DNA of 64,000 nucleotides from Candidatus Poribacteria bacterium (GCA_965242965.1 OZ251518.1:4608001-4672000); one strand, 5' to 3'. Shown: positions 40,522 to 50,469, numbered from the stretch's first letter. Numbers and translations: made by a program. Notes: generated by a model not told the origin, from the letters alone.

Positions 40522-41100
40522 ATGAATCTGCAGACTCACCCCATCGCGCCAGAGGGAATCTTCCCCGAAACTGTCACGATGACGTTGGATGAATTCCTCA
40601 CCAGCGATGTAGAGGGATATGAATACGTTAAAGGAGAATTGATACCCATGGCATCGCCCTCGGCGGAACACGGTTTGATAGGGGCAAATGTTTCTTGGCA
40701 TTTAAGTAGGTATGTGCGCGAGAATCAATTGGGAGCAGTGGTTGGCTCCGAAACAGGTTTCCAAGTTGGCGAACGCGTGCTAAAACCGGATGTCGCGTTT
40801 ATCTCAACACCCCGACTCCCCGAAGACCTGATTAAGGCGTTCCCTGTTCCACCAGACCTCGCTGTTGAGGTGATTTCGCCATCAGAAACTTTCCGGAAAG
40901 TGGTCGAAAAGGCGTTCGCCTACTTAGAGGGTGGAACGCGTCTCGTCTGGGTGATAGAACCCGGCTCAAAGACAGTCACCGTGTATCGTTCTGAAACAGA
41001 CATCACGCTGCTCACGCGCAAAGATACCCTCACCGGTGAGGATGTGGTGGAAGGGTTTACGTGTCAAGTCGCGGAGTTTTTTGAGTTGCCGCGTGGTTAA
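40522..41100 (+). CDS. Uma2 family protein (copy 1)
   Basis: YEYVKGEL, KPDVAF, PDLAVEVISPS. Confidence 0.9.
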   Translation: MNLQTHPIAPEGIFPETVTMTLDEFLTSDVEGYEYVKGELIPMASPSAEHGLIGANVSWHLSRYVRENQLGAVVGSETGFQVGERVLKPDVAFISTPRLPEDLIKAFPVPPDLAVEVISPSETFRKVVEKAFAYLEGGTRLVWVIEPGSKTVTVYRSETDITLLTRKDTLTGEDVVEGFTCQVAEFFELPRG

Positions 41101-41111
41101 AGGAGGCAACC

Positions 41112-41163
41112 ATGGGTGCCGTTGCAGCACAAACCCTTTTCACGCCCGAAGAATACATCATTG
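41112..41163 (+). pseudogene. Truncated 5' copy of the Uma2 gene at 41924
   Basis: MGAVAAQTLFTPEEYII then a REP; same RBS as 41924. Confidence 0.8.
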
Positions 41164-41333
41164 TGCCTCGGTAGGCGAGCCCTCCTGGGCTCAATAGTTT
41201 TACGGTGTGCCCCGGTAGGAGAGACCTCCTGGTCTCGACAGTTTTACTTGCAATTCCGCTTGTGATGTGATACACTATAGTAAAGTAGCTGTCGCAATCG
41301 GCGGCAAAACCTGCATTGTGGAGGCATGAGAGC

Positions 41334-41912
41334 ATGAATCTGCAGACTCACCCCATCGCGCCAGAAGGAATCCTCCCCGAAAATGTCACGATGACATTGG
41401 ATGAATTCCTTGGCAGCGATGTAGAGGGATATGAATACGTTAAAGGAGAATTGATACCCATGGCATCGCCCTCGGCGGAACACGGACTGGTTGGTTCCCG
41501 AGTCTTTATACGTCTCGGCAATTATGTCATTGCGAATCAACTAGGTGAAGTGGTTAACTCTGAAACAGGTTTCCAAGTTGGCGAACGCGTGCTAAAACCG
41601 GATGTCGCGTTTATTTCAACACCTCGACTCCCGGAAGACCTGAGTAAGGCGTTTCCCGTTCCACCAGACCTCGCCGTTGAGGTGATTTCGCCATCAGAAA
41701 CCTTTCGGAAAGTGGTCGAAAAGGCGTTTGCCTACTTGGAGGGTGGAACGCGTCTCGTCTGGGTGATAGAACCCGGCTCGAAGACAGTCACCGTATATCG
41801 TTCTGAAACAGACATCACGTTGCTCACGCGCAAAGATACCCTCACCGGTGAGGATGTGGTGGAAGGGTTCACGTGTCAAGTTGCAGAGTTTTTTGAGTTG
41901 CCGCGCGGTTAA
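41334..41912 (+). CDS. Uma2 family protein (copy 2)
   Basis: Near identical to copy 1 outside one block. Confidence 0.9.
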   Translation: MNLQTHPIAPEGILPENVTMTLDEFLGSDVEGYEYVKGELIPMASPSAEHGLVGSRVFIRLGNYVIANQLGEVVNSETGFQVGERVLKPDVAFISTPRLPEDLSKAFPVPPDLAVEVISPSETFRKVVEKAFAYLEGGTRLVWVIEPGSKTVTVYRSETDITLLTRKDTLTGEDVVEGFTCQVAEFFELPRG

Positions 41913-41923
41913 AGGAGGCAGCC

Positions 41924-42502
41924 ATGGGTGCCGCTGCAGCACAAACCTTTTTCACGCCCGAAGAATACATCATTCGGGAACGCAAAGCGGAAATCAAAAG
42001 CGAATATCTGAACGGACGCATCGTCGCGATGTCGGGGGCAAGTCGCGCGCATAACCTCATCACGCGAAATATTTCAGGTGAACTTTATGTTCAACTGAAA
42101 GGCCGGACATGTGAAAGTTATACCAACGATATGCGCGTGCGAATTCCGTCGCCGATGTCTTACACCTATCCCGATGTCGTTGTTGTCTGTGATGAACCCC
42201 GTTTTGAGGACGACGTTTTCGACACGCTGCTGAATCCGACAGTCCTCTTCGAGGTGCTTTCGCCCTCTACCGAGGCGTATGACAGGGACAGGAAATTCTC
42301 ACGCTATCAACAAATTGCATCCCTGCGCGAATACGTTCTCGTTTCCCAAGACAGAGTGTGCGTGGAACACTATCATCGCCGCGGGGCTCAGTGGGTGCTA
42401 ACCGAATTCTATGCGCGAGCAGATGTGCTACCGCTAGTTTCAATCGATTGCGAGTTAGCCTTGTGGGACATCTATGCTCTCGTTCAATTTCCTGAAAACT
42501 AA
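41924..42502 (+). CDS. Uma2 family protein (different subfamily)
   Basis: KSEYLNG..AMSGASRAHN, YPDVVV, EVLSPSTEAYDR. Confidence 0.9.
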   Translation: MGAAAAQTFFTPEEYIIRERKAEIKSEYLNGRIVAMSGASRAHNLITRNISGELYVQLKGRTCESYTNDMRVRIPSPMSYTYPDVVVVCDEPRFEDDVFDTLLNPTVLFEVLSPSTEAYDRDRKFSRYQQIASLREYVLVSQDRVCVEHYHRRGAQWVLTEFYARADVLPLVSIDCELALWDIYALVQFPEN

Positions 42503-42522
42503 GGCTACAAAGGAGGCTATTG

Positions 42523-43578
42523 ATGCCTACCGTATCTCACGTCGTTTTAAGAAAATTTGTCTATGACATCTACCGTGCAGCCGATGGGACCGAGGAGGAT
42601 GCTAAAATCGTCAGCGACCACGTTGTTGACTCCAATCTCGCCGGTCACGATTCGCACGGTGTCATCAACGCGCCGAACTACATCGGTGGGATGCAAGGCG
42701 GACCGGCGGCGGACAAACTAGAGGTAGTCCGCGAAAGTTCCGCGGCGACAGTCATCAACGCGAACGGCGCGCTCGGCATGGTAGCGGCGCGCAAAGCGAT
42801 GGAACTCGCCGTTGAGAAAGCGAAGACATGCACCATCGGCGCGGTGGGATTGCACCGTTGCGGCCATGCTGGCCGCATGGGCGAATACCCGCCGATTGCC
42901 GCAGCGGCAGGGATGATAGGCATCGTCCTGCTGAATGGCGGCGGGAGGTTCATGCATCCGCACGGCGGCACCTCGCGCCGATTACCGCCGAACCCGATTG
43001 CGATATCCGTGCCTCGCAAAAACGGCGCGCCGCTGCTGCTGGATATGACGCTGAGCGTCGTCGCCGGGGGGAAACTGCTCGTTCAGACAGCGAGAGGCGA
43101 ACAGATTCCAGAAGGATGGATGATAGACTCCGAAGGCAATCCTATCAAAGACCCGGTTGCATTTCGCGAACGTCCGGAGGATACCGCTGTCATGCCACTC
43201 GGTGGATTTCAGTTTGGACATAAAGGCTTCGGGCTCGGTGTCATGATAGACGCAATTGCCGGCGGGCTTTCGTGGGCAGGGTGTAGCCGTGAAACCCCGA
43301 CGCGCGGCGCAAGCGGCATTGTCATGTTTGCAATTAACATTGACAATTTTATCGATTTAAGCGATTATGAAGAGGAGATAGAACATCTCGTGGCGTGGGT
43401 GAAATCCTCGGCGCGGCTTCCCAGCGTTGACGAAATCTACGTGCCGGGCGAATTTGAGGAACGGAGCCGCGAACGCCGCCTCAAAGAGGGTATCCCGATT
43501 GAGGAGGCAACATGGCAGCGGCTCGTTGAGGCAGCCGAACGTGTCGGCGTTGCGCCGCCGGCATCTCTCTTGTCTTAA
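42523..43578 (+). CDS. Ldh_2 (malate/L-lactate/ureidoglycolate dehydrogenase) family oxidoreductase
   Basis: GHDSHG, HAGRMG, NPIAI, LLDM, GHKGFGL, YVPGE. Confidence 0.9.
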   Translation: MPTVSHVVLRKFVYDIYRAADGTEEDAKIVSDHVVDSNLAGHDSHGVINAPNYIGGMQGGPAADKLEVVRESSAATVINANGALGMVAARKAMELAVEKAKTCTIGAVGLHRCGHAGRMGEYPPIAAAAGMIGIVLLNGGGRFMHPHGGTSRRLPPNPIAISVPRKNGAPLLLDMTLSVVAGGKLLVQTARGEQIPEGWMIDSEGNPIKDPVAFRERPEDTAVMPLGGFQFGHKGFGLGVMIDAIAGGLSWAGCSRETPTRGASGIVMFAINIDNFIDLSDYEEEIEHLVAWVKSSARLPSVDEIYVPGEFEERSRERRLKEGIPIEEATWQRLVEAAERVGVAPPASLLS

Positions 43579-43670
43579 CGTTCGCATACAGGACAAGAGC
43601 GGGTGCTCTTCTACAGTTAGAAATAAAACGTCCAATCCGCATTTGCGCGAACCTAACAGGAGGAAAAACA

Positions 43671-44270
43671 GTGAGACTCTTAAGCGGTTTGTTCATTCTA
43701 CTCATCGGTGTTGCAGGGTGTGCTGTGCTTCAGGATGCCCCCATCGTTGAGCTCCCCGCGTCGCGGCTTTCCTGCGAGACGAACCCGGGGCTGGTTGATG
43801 GAGACATGGAGACGATTAGCACCTTTCAGGTAGAGGGTTCTATCCGGAAAGGGTACGTGCATGTCGGCGGGGCAGGCGGTTCCCGTGGCAATCTGCAGCG
43901 GCAGTATCGGACAGAAATTGACGGGACGAATCGGACGCAAGCGGTGATAAAACTCGACGCGCCGATGTATGTCGCTTACGTTGAAGTCTATCCTGCTTCG
44001 CGCATCCCCGCGCTCGCCTTAGTGACGACAACGGACGAAGAGCCCCAGCTCGATGTCTCCTTTGAAGCGGTTTACGACAAACAGCATGAAAGTGTAGAGA
44101 GCATGACACCTGTCAAAATCCAGATCGGGCGCGAAGTGCTTTACCTCCGGCTGAGTGCTGATGCTCTTGAAGACCAGGGGCGTTCCGTTCGGAATAAGGA
44201 GACGCACCAAGTCAACATCCCATTGAAAGGTGCCTCTATCCGCGAGGTGAAATTTTACGGGCGGCAGTAA
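43671..44270 (+). CDS. Putative lipoprotein
   Basis: AGGAGG RBS; lipobox VAGC. Confidence 0.75.
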   Translation: MRLLSGLFILLIGVAGCAVLQDAPIVELPASRLSCETNPGLVDGDMETISTFQVEGSIRKGYVHVGGAGGSRGNLQRQYRTEIDGTNRTQAVIKLDAPMYVAYVEVYPASRIPALALVTTTDEEPQLDVSFEAVYDKQHESVESMTPVKIQIGREVLYLRLSADALEDQGRSVRNKETHQVNIPLKGASIREVKFYGRQ

Positions 44271-44291
44271 ACGCTGAAGCATTCTAGTTGC

Positions 44292-44326
44292 TCAGTGCTG
44301 CGACGCGGCAACGTTCGCAGCACTGA
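44292..44326 (+). terminator. Strong hairpin after the lipoprotein gene
   Basis: TCAGTGCTGCGA...TCGCAGCACTGA; no U-tract, so terminator function is uncertain. Confidence 0.35.
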
Positions 44327-44478
44327 AACCCAGCCGCGGGGATGTCACCACGAATTTCCTTGCATTTTCTTGCGCAATAAGGTATCCTATTAACCACTGA
44401 TGCAATTTTCGTCTGATTTTTGATACAAACCGGTGTCCTCAAAACACCTTACCTGAAATCGGAGGTTTAGAACCGCGA

Positions 44479-45501
44479 TTGCAAAAACAAGAATTGAAGA
44501 GTGTGCCTGTCCAGAGCAATGCTGAAGTGCAGGCCCTGTTTGGACAGAGCGATGCCTTCCTGAAACTCATCGAAAACGATTTTGACGTGCGCGTCGTTTT
44601 GAAACGCGACCGGATTGCGGTTATCGGCGAAGATGTCGCCGAAACCGAACGCGTCGCAACCGTGTTGGAGTCACTACTGCACCGCATCCGGAAAGGCGAA
44701 CAGATTCAGACTACCGATGTGAGTTACATGATTCGGGCATCGGGAGCTGGGGAGGCTGACCCCTTGACGGAAAGCAAGGCGGAGTCTATTCCTGTCTTCT
44801 CAAAACGGGGTGTCATTCGTCCTAAAACCGCCGGCCAGCACCGGTACGTCAATGCGATTAAGCACAATGACCTGGTTTTCGGCATCGGACCGGCTGGGAC
44901 AGGGAAAACTTACCTCGCCATGGCGATGGCGGTTTCCGCGCTCAAGAGTGCCGAAGTCAGCCGTATTATCCTCACGCGGCCCGCTGTGGAGGCAGGCGAA
45001 AAACTCGGTTTTTTGCCGGGTGACATCGCCGAGAAGGTGCATCCGTATCTGCGTCCGTTATACGACGCGCTTTACGATATGATGCCACCGGACGCGCTGG
45101 ACAAGTATATTGAGCGGAACGTCATTGAAGTCGCGCCGATTGCTTTTATGCGTGGCAGAACGCTCAACAATTCGTTCGTCGTGCTGGACGAAGCGCAAAA
45201 CGCGACGATCGAACAGATGAAGATGTTCCTGACACGCCTCGGCTTTGATTCCAAAGCGGTAGTAACAGGCGACATTACGCAAACCGATCTGCCGACGCAC
45301 AAGGTATCCGGCCTTGCCGACGCGCAAGAAGTGCTTGCCGGTATCAAAGGCATTGAATTCATATACTTCTCGAAGGTTGATGTCGTGCGGCATGAATTGG
45401 TGCAGCGCATCGTTGAAGCTTATGAGCAGGCAGCCCCACAGAATAACGTGCAACGGATGCCCGCCGCCGCAACGGTAGAAGCACAAGAGGCATCGGCGTG
45501 A
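44479..45501 (+). CDS. phoH: PhoH-family ATPase
   Basis: GPAGTGKTYLA, RPAVEAGEKLGFLPGD, AFMRGRTL, LDEAQN, TGDITQTDLP. Confidence 0.95.
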   Translation: MQKQELKSVPVQSNAEVQALFGQSDAFLKLIENDFDVRVVLKRDRIAVIGEDVAETERVATVLESLLHRIRKGEQIQTTDVSYMIRASGAGEADPLTESKAESIPVFSKRGVIRPKTAGQHRYVNAIKHNDLVFGIGPAGTGKTYLAMAMAVSALKSAEVSRIILTRPAVEAGEKLGFLPGDIAEKVHPYLRPLYDALYDMMPPDALDKYIERNVIEVAPIAFMRGRTLNNSFVVLDEAQNATIEQMKMFLTRLGFDSKAVVTGDITQTDLPTHKVSGLADAQEVLAGIKGIEFIYFSKVDVVRHELVQRIVEAYEQAAPQNNVQRMPAAATVEAQEASA

Positions 45502-46010
45502 GCAGAAAAGCAGGCCCATATTCCATCGGCATCACCCAGAACTGCCCGGATATTGAATTTGACGTGGACATAGTTCACCGGGCAGTGTCAGCAACCCTCA
45601 AGGAGCATGCCGCGAAATCTCCGGTAGGCGCGCTTTCCAAACGCGCAACAGCCACCGAATACGAGATTAGCGTTCTGCTAACAGCGGATGCCGAGATGAG
45701 GGCTCTCAATTCAGCGTATCGCGGCATTGACGCACCGACAGATGTCCTCGCTTTTGCGATGCGCGAAGACGAGGCATGCGGCGCGATGCATCCGATGCTC
45801 CTCGGCGATATCGTTATCTCATTAGAGACGGCGGCACAGCAGGCAGCTGCAGCGAAACACTCGCTTGAGACAGAGGTTGCATTTTTGACCGCGCATGGCA
45901 CCCTGCATCTGCTCGGTTATGAACACGCAACGCCTGAACAAGAGTCCATCATGTTCAAGAAGCAGGAGACAACGCTGCGTGGACTCCGCTTGAGCGAAAT
46001 ACGTTCGTGA
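45498..46010 (+). CDS. ybeY: rRNA maturation endoribonuclease YbeY
   Basis: LNSAYRG...TDVLAF, LGDIVIS, HGTLHLLGYEH. Confidence 0.95.
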   Translation: MSRKAGPYSIGITQNCPDIEFDVDIVHRAVSATLKEHAAKSPVGALSKRATATEYEISVLLTADAEMRALNSAYRGIDAPTDVLAFAMREDEACGAMHPMLLGDIVISLETAAQQAAAAKHSLETEVAFLTAHGTLHLLGYEHATPEQESIMFKKQETTLRGLRLSEIRS

Positions 46011-47341
46011 CAAAAAACGTCTTTGCTACCGAATGCATTGCGAAAGACGAAAGCCCATCAGGAGGTGTGATTCCTCGTTTGGACGACCTAGGTATAGCAC
46101 TCAGACTGTTCAGTTTATTAGTGTTGTTGGTGTTAACGGCTCTGTTATCCGTAGCGGAAGCACTGCTTTCTCGGCTCACGCGTGAGGATATCCTCAATTT
46201 TGCCGGGGCAGAAGAAAAACGCTACGATGTCTTGGCCGCCCTGCTGCGGCAGCCACAACGCTACTCGCTCACAATTATCACGGCGAAAACGATATTGATG
46301 GTGGCAAGCGTTCTCCTCTTTATGACGCTTTTCCACTATCGCGTGGCAAATGCCGCCCTCGCCGTTGTGGTGCTGGTAATTTTCACGGACTTGTTCCCCA
46401 AAAACTACGTGCGGAGTAGTTCCGGGAACGCGACTATCCAAGCACTCCGCATGCTACGCGTCGTGTATTGGGGCGGCTGCGTCATTTTCGTTCCGTTGAA
46501 CTTCATCGCGAACATCGCAGTGCGAGTATTCGGCGGCAAAGCGCGCGCCGAACAGGATAGCCTTGTCTCACCGGAGGTGCTAGAAACGCTGGTGAATGTC
46601 GGAGACAGCCAAGAAATTTTGGAGGAAGACGAACGCGAGATGATCTCGCGGATTCTCGACTTCCCCGACAAAGTCGCCCGCGAAATTATGGTAGCACGAA
46701 CCGACATGGCGTGTTTGGATATCTCAACGCCGGAAGAAGAAGTCCTGAAAACGACGATTGAGTGCCGGCACACGCGCATCCCTATTTATGAAGAGACGAT
46801 CGATAACATAATTGGGGTGCTACACGTGAAGGACATGCTGGAATATTGGGCGGCTGGCGAACCAATCGCTCTGCGTCAACTCATCGTCGACCGGACACCC
46901 TTTTTCACGCCGGAGAGCAAGAAACTTTCTGAACTCTTCCGTGAGTTGCGCGAGCATAAACAGCACCTCTCTATCGTAGTTGATGAATATGGCGGCACGG
47001 CGGGTATCGTAACGCTAGAAAATATCATTGAGGAGATCGTCGGCGAAATCCACGATGAAGACGAAATCGATGAACAGGATGCCTACATCCAGCTCGAGCC
47101 CAACACCTACTCCGTTGATGCGCGGCTGAATCTTGTAGAATTAAACGAGAAACTCAGCACGGAATTAGAGGCGGAAAACATTGATACCGTGGGCGGTTTC
47201 GTCGTAAACCATCTCGGACGTGTGCCAGAACCGGGCACGCTGTTTGTCTACCGAGGTATCCGTTTCACAATTATTGAGGCAGATGAACGGCGCGTCCATC
47301 GGATTCAAATTCAGATGCCGAACGCCTTGTCTTTGGAATAG
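46007..47341 (+). CDS. Hemolysin/CorC-type CNNM-CBS transporter-associated protein
   Basis: N-terminal TMs, REIMVAR, HTRIPIY, VVDEYGGTAGIVTLENIIEEIVGEIHDE; start may be GTG 46067. Confidence 0.9.
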   Translation: MTKNVFATECIAKDESPSGGVIPRLDDLGIALRLFSLLVLLVLTALLSVAEALLSRLTREDILNFAGAEEKRYDVLAALLRQPQRYSLTIITAKTILMVASVLLFMTLFHYRVANAALAVVVLVIFTDLFPKNYVRSSSGNATIQALRMLRVVYWGGCVIFVPLNFIANIAVRVFGGKARAEQDSLVSPEVLETLVNVGDSQEILEEDEREMISRILDFPDKVAREIMVARTDMACLDISTPEEEVLKTTIECRHTRIPIYEETIDNIIGVLHVKDMLEYWAAGEPIALRQLIVDRTPFFTPESKKLSELFRELREHKQHLSIVVDEYGGTAGIVTLENIIEEIVGEIHDEDEIDEQDAYIQLEPNTYSVDARLNLVELNEKLSTELEAENIDTVGGFVVNHLGRVPEPGTLFVYRGIRFTIIEADERRVHRIQIQMPNALSLE

Positions 47342-47430
47342 TTTCTACCGGTAGGCGCGATTTGTTCCGCGTCTATCCTACCGGTTTGCGTGCGTTTCCC
47401 GGCATTGATGAGATAATTCCAAAATTTAAT

Positions 47431-47459
47431 TTGACAAACCGGATTAAATAGGGTATAAT
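47431..47459 (+). promoter_or_regulatory. Consensus promoter of hicAB
   Basis: TTGACA-N17-TATAAT. Confidence 0.7.
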
Positions 47460-47471
47460 TAAAGGTACCTT

Positions 47472-47726
47472 TTGAATAAACGACACCGAAGGACGTTGAA
47501 CGCTATTTTCAGCTCGCCTGTGCCGAGGAACTTAACTTGGCGACGTATTGAGTCTCTTCTCTCTGCACTTGGGGTTAAAACAAGTGAGAGAGGGGGTTCC
47601 GCCGTACGGGTTGAACTCAATAATGTGTTCTCCACATTTCACAGGCCCCATCCGCGAAAAGAGGCTCTGCAGTACCAGGTCCGGGCGGTCCGGATTTTTT
47701 TGGAAAAAGCGGGGATAACGCCATGA
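47472..47726 (+). CDS. hicA: HicA-family toxin
   Basis: KRHRRTL..IF, WRRIESLL.ALG, FHRPHP.KEA..YQV. Confidence 0.85.
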   Translation: MNKRHRRTLNAIFSSPVPRNLTWRRIESLLSALGVKTSERGGSAVRVELNNVFSTFHRPHPRKEALQYQVRAVRIFLEKAGITP

Positions 47727-47959
47727 ACACGACTTTGCACTACAAAGGCTATACGACTCGCATGGAGTATAGCGAAGAAGATGGTTGCTTGATTGGTGGC
47801 CTTGAAGGCATCAATGATGTTATCGTTTTCCACGGCTACTCCGTTGCCGAGTTCCGTGCTATTTTTGAGGAGGCAGTTGAGGACTATCTCCTCACGTGTG
47901 AAGAATTCAATCGTGAACCGCAAAAACCGGTGTTGGAAAATGCGGTTGCAGCCGGATAA
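47723..47959 (+). CDS. hicB: HicB-family antitoxin (short form)
   Basis: YKGY...EYS.ED, FHG.SV.E....F.EAVEDYL..C, PQKP; no C-terminal RHH. Confidence 0.85.
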   Translation: MNTTLHYKGYTTRMEYSEEDGCLIGGLEGINDVIVFHGYSVAEFRAIFEEAVEDYLLTCEEFNREPQKPVLENAVAAG

Positions 47960-47972
47960 AGGTCTTTTTAAT

Positions 47973-48001
47973 TTGACTTTTGCCCATTTTTGTGGTATAC
48001 T
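47973..48001 (+). promoter_or_regulatory. tRNA/recO promoter
   Basis: TTGACT-N17-TATACT with extended TG. Confidence 0.65.
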
Positions 48002-48033
48002 ATATAGAGATTCGGGTAAATTCGGTTTTTTAA

Positions 48034-48108
<75 letters not shown>

Positions 48109-48207
48109 TTTTCCCTAATGTCGCTTCTCTACCAGGCTCATCAGCGATTGTTGATGAGCCTAAACCCATCGAAAGCAGCCACCCAAACGGAAACCCAGAC
48201 AAAAACC

Positions 48208-48957
48208 ATGCCCGCGCAAAAAACACCAGCGATTGTGATTCGCACCTTTCCCCTCCGCGAATTTCATAAAATCATCACCTTCTATACGCCGGATTTCGGT
48301 AAAGTGAAAGCTATCGCTTACGGCGTAAAAAGCGCGAAAAGCCGACTCGGCGGCAGCTTAGAGCTCCTCAACCACGGCACCCTGCTCTTTAATTACCGCG
48401 AAAATCGGGAATTGCAGAGCATCACCGATTTTAGTCTGATTAACGGATTTGACGCTATTCGCTCTGATTTCACGCGCATCACCTACGGCTGCTACTTCGC
48501 CGAATTAGTGGATGCTATTGCGTCTGAGGGTGTCGCGAACCCTGAGATTTTCGGTTTACTGCAAAGCACCTATCAATTTTTGGCGCGGGCAACCGATGTG
48601 CCGCTGCTAGCGCGCGCGTTTGAACTCAAGTTTCTAGACTGCGCTGGCTACGGACCACAACTCTCGCTGTGTACCTATTGTAGTTCAACTCTTGCCGGGA
48701 GGTTGTTGGCATTTAGCGTGCGGCACGGTGGAATCCTCTGTGAAAACTGCGAATATCGCGACGCTGCCACGGTGTCACTCATGCCCGGCAGTTGCGAACT
48801 GCTGAAGATGCTCCGGAAGTCTGAATTAGAAGGATTAAACCGCATCCGCGCTTCAGAACGCAATCATCGTGAACTGAAACGCGCACTCGGCGGTTTCATC
48901 GAATACCACACCGAACGAAAACTCAAAAGCCTTAAATTTATTGAGAGAACTCTGTAG
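48208..48957 (+). CDS. recO: DNA repair protein RecO
   Basis: AIVIR...E..KIITFYT..GKV.AIA.G...KSRLGG, FELKFL...GYGPQL, CxxC...CxxC zinc finger. Confidence 0.95.
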   Translation: MPAQKTPAIVIRTFPLREFHKIITFYTPDFGKVKAIAYGVKSAKSRLGGSLELLNHGTLLFNYRENRELQSITDFSLINGFDAIRSDFTRITYGCYFAELVDAIASEGVANPEIFGLLQSTYQFLARATDVPLLARAFELKFLDCAGYGPQLSLCTYCSSTLAGRLLAFSVRHGGILCENCEYRDAATVSLMPGSCELLKMLRKSELEGLNRIRASERNHRELKRALGGFIEYHTERKLKSLKFIERTL

Positions 48958-48968
48958 GAATTAATGCA

Positions 48969-49130
48969 GAATGGCACCGTTACAAATATCAGGAATCGCC
49001 TAAGTTCGCGCAGGTCATATTTCCTGTTCTTGATAAAGGTCAGAGGAATCGGGACGACTGGGACGAAGTCCGCAAGGAACTGGTTCGCGTGGGTTCTAAA
49101 ATCTACTATAAGGTTGAGAGCCCTCGCTAA
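48969..49130 (+). pseudogene. C-terminal remnant of a paralog of 53997..54818
   Basis: ESPKFAQVIFPVLDKGQRNRDDWDEVRKELVRVGSKIY vs ESSQSVSVTFPVLDDKGLGNREDWDEIREKLVAKGTEIY; no start. Confidence 0.75.
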
Positions 49131-49334
49131 GGAACTGGTTAGCATTGAGCACACCGCGCTAAACCATGGTAGACATGAGTTTGGATTAGAGCAATTCAGT
49201 TTTCCACAGTGAAAATTGACAACGGTCCCCCTCCCTGTAGGGCAAGCTCGCCTGATCTTGCCCCGTTAGCGATTGGGAGTCCGCAAACTACAGATGGGAG
49301 GGAACTAAATCGCTCTGGAGTCTGGACTTTTAAG

Positions 49335-49363
49335 TTGACAAGTTTTGAGAAAAAGGATATAAT
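49335..49363 (+). promoter_or_regulatory. Consensus promoter
   Basis: TTGACA-N17-TATAAT; GAGGAGG RBS follows. Confidence 0.7.
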
Positions 49364-49389
49364 AGCCCTATTGAGGAGGAGGCTGCGGA

Positions 49390-50469
49390 ATGGATATTAA
49401 ATATCAAATTTTCATTAGTTCCCCTTACGAAGATCTTCGGCACGAACGGGATTATGTCGTAAAGGCTGCACTTGAGATGGGCCACATTCCTATTAGTATG
49501 GAGATGTTTTCTGCTGCGGATGAAGATCTATGGAAAACCATTACGCGGCATATTGACACATGCGACTATTACGTTGTCATCGTCGCTCATCGCTACGGTT
49601 CAGTTGTAGATGGAGTGAGCTACACCGAAAAAGAGTTTGACTACGCGATCTCCAAGGGGATTCCAGTGCTCGGATTCATAATAGATGATGGAGCTGCGTG
49701 GCCCGCCGATCGTATTGACACCGGTTCCGACGAAAAAGCCTTGCTTGGAAAGTTCAAAGCGAAACTCAAGGAAAGGCCTGTCAGTTTTTGGTCAACCGCT
49801 GCAGATCTGACCGGAAAATTCTCCATCGCATTGATGAAGCAAATTCCGTTAACACCACGTCCAGGCTGGATACGGACAACTGATGTAGTTAGCCCAGATT
49901 TGGTGAAGCAAATTCCGTTAACACCACGTCCAGGCTGGATACGGACAACTGATGTAGTTAGCCCAGATGTCGTAAATGAGTTGCCACGATTGAGTAGCGA
50001 AAATGCCGAACTTCGGAGACAACTCCAAGAAGCACTTCACAAAGCGGAAGACGATGCGATTGCCGAACGGAGAAAAATAAGGGAGACGATGCGGAAGAAT
50101 AGTCTGGAGGTCTCCTTCTTTTACCATCCCGGTTCTGGATGGGAAGACAAAACGACAGTCACTCTCTATAGCCTTTTCCGCATGTTGGCCCCGGAAATGA
50201 TGGTCGAACGGTCCACAGCAGATCTCTCGTCGTATGTCGGGGTAATGCTGCGGCCAAACAAGGAACGTCAACCCCGAAGACACTATCCGGTTCCATCAAA
50301 CTGGATGAAATATTGTCTTTCTGATTTCCTTACTCTAGGTGTTGTTGAACCATCGCAGAAACGTCACTCGGTAAGTGATAAAAATCAGTACTGGGCTCTC
50401 ACAAACCTGGGACGTTCCGTTTACACGGACATTAGGCGCGCTGCGCTTGAGGAAGGGCATTCCGAATGA
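49390..50469 (+). CDS. DUF4062-domain protein
   Basis: KYQIFISS.YEDL..ER, GHIP..MEMF.A, CDYYVVIVA.RYGS, SYTEKEFDYA. Confidence 0.9.
   Translation: MDIKYQIFISSPYEDLRHERDYVVKAALEMGHIPISMEMFSAADEDLWKTITRHIDTCDYYVVIVAHRYGSVVDGVSYTEKEFDYAISKGIPVLGFIIDDGAAWPADRIDTGSDEKALLGKFKAKLKERPVSFWSTAADLTGKFSIALMKQIPLTPRPGWIRTTDVVSPDLVKQIPLTPRPGWIRTTDVVSPDVVNELPRLSSENAELRRQLQEALHKAEDDAIAERRKIRETMRKNSLEVSFFYHPGSGWEDKTTVTLYSLFRMLAPEMMVERSTADLSSYVGVMLRPNKERQPRRHYPVPSNWMKYCLSDFLTLGVVEPSQKRHSVSDKNQYWALTNLGRSVYTDIRRAALEEGHSE

Noticed and set aside
40522-41912. Diversity-generating retroelement TR/VR pair
   Set aside because: Differences are not adenine-specific and no reverse transcriptase is present
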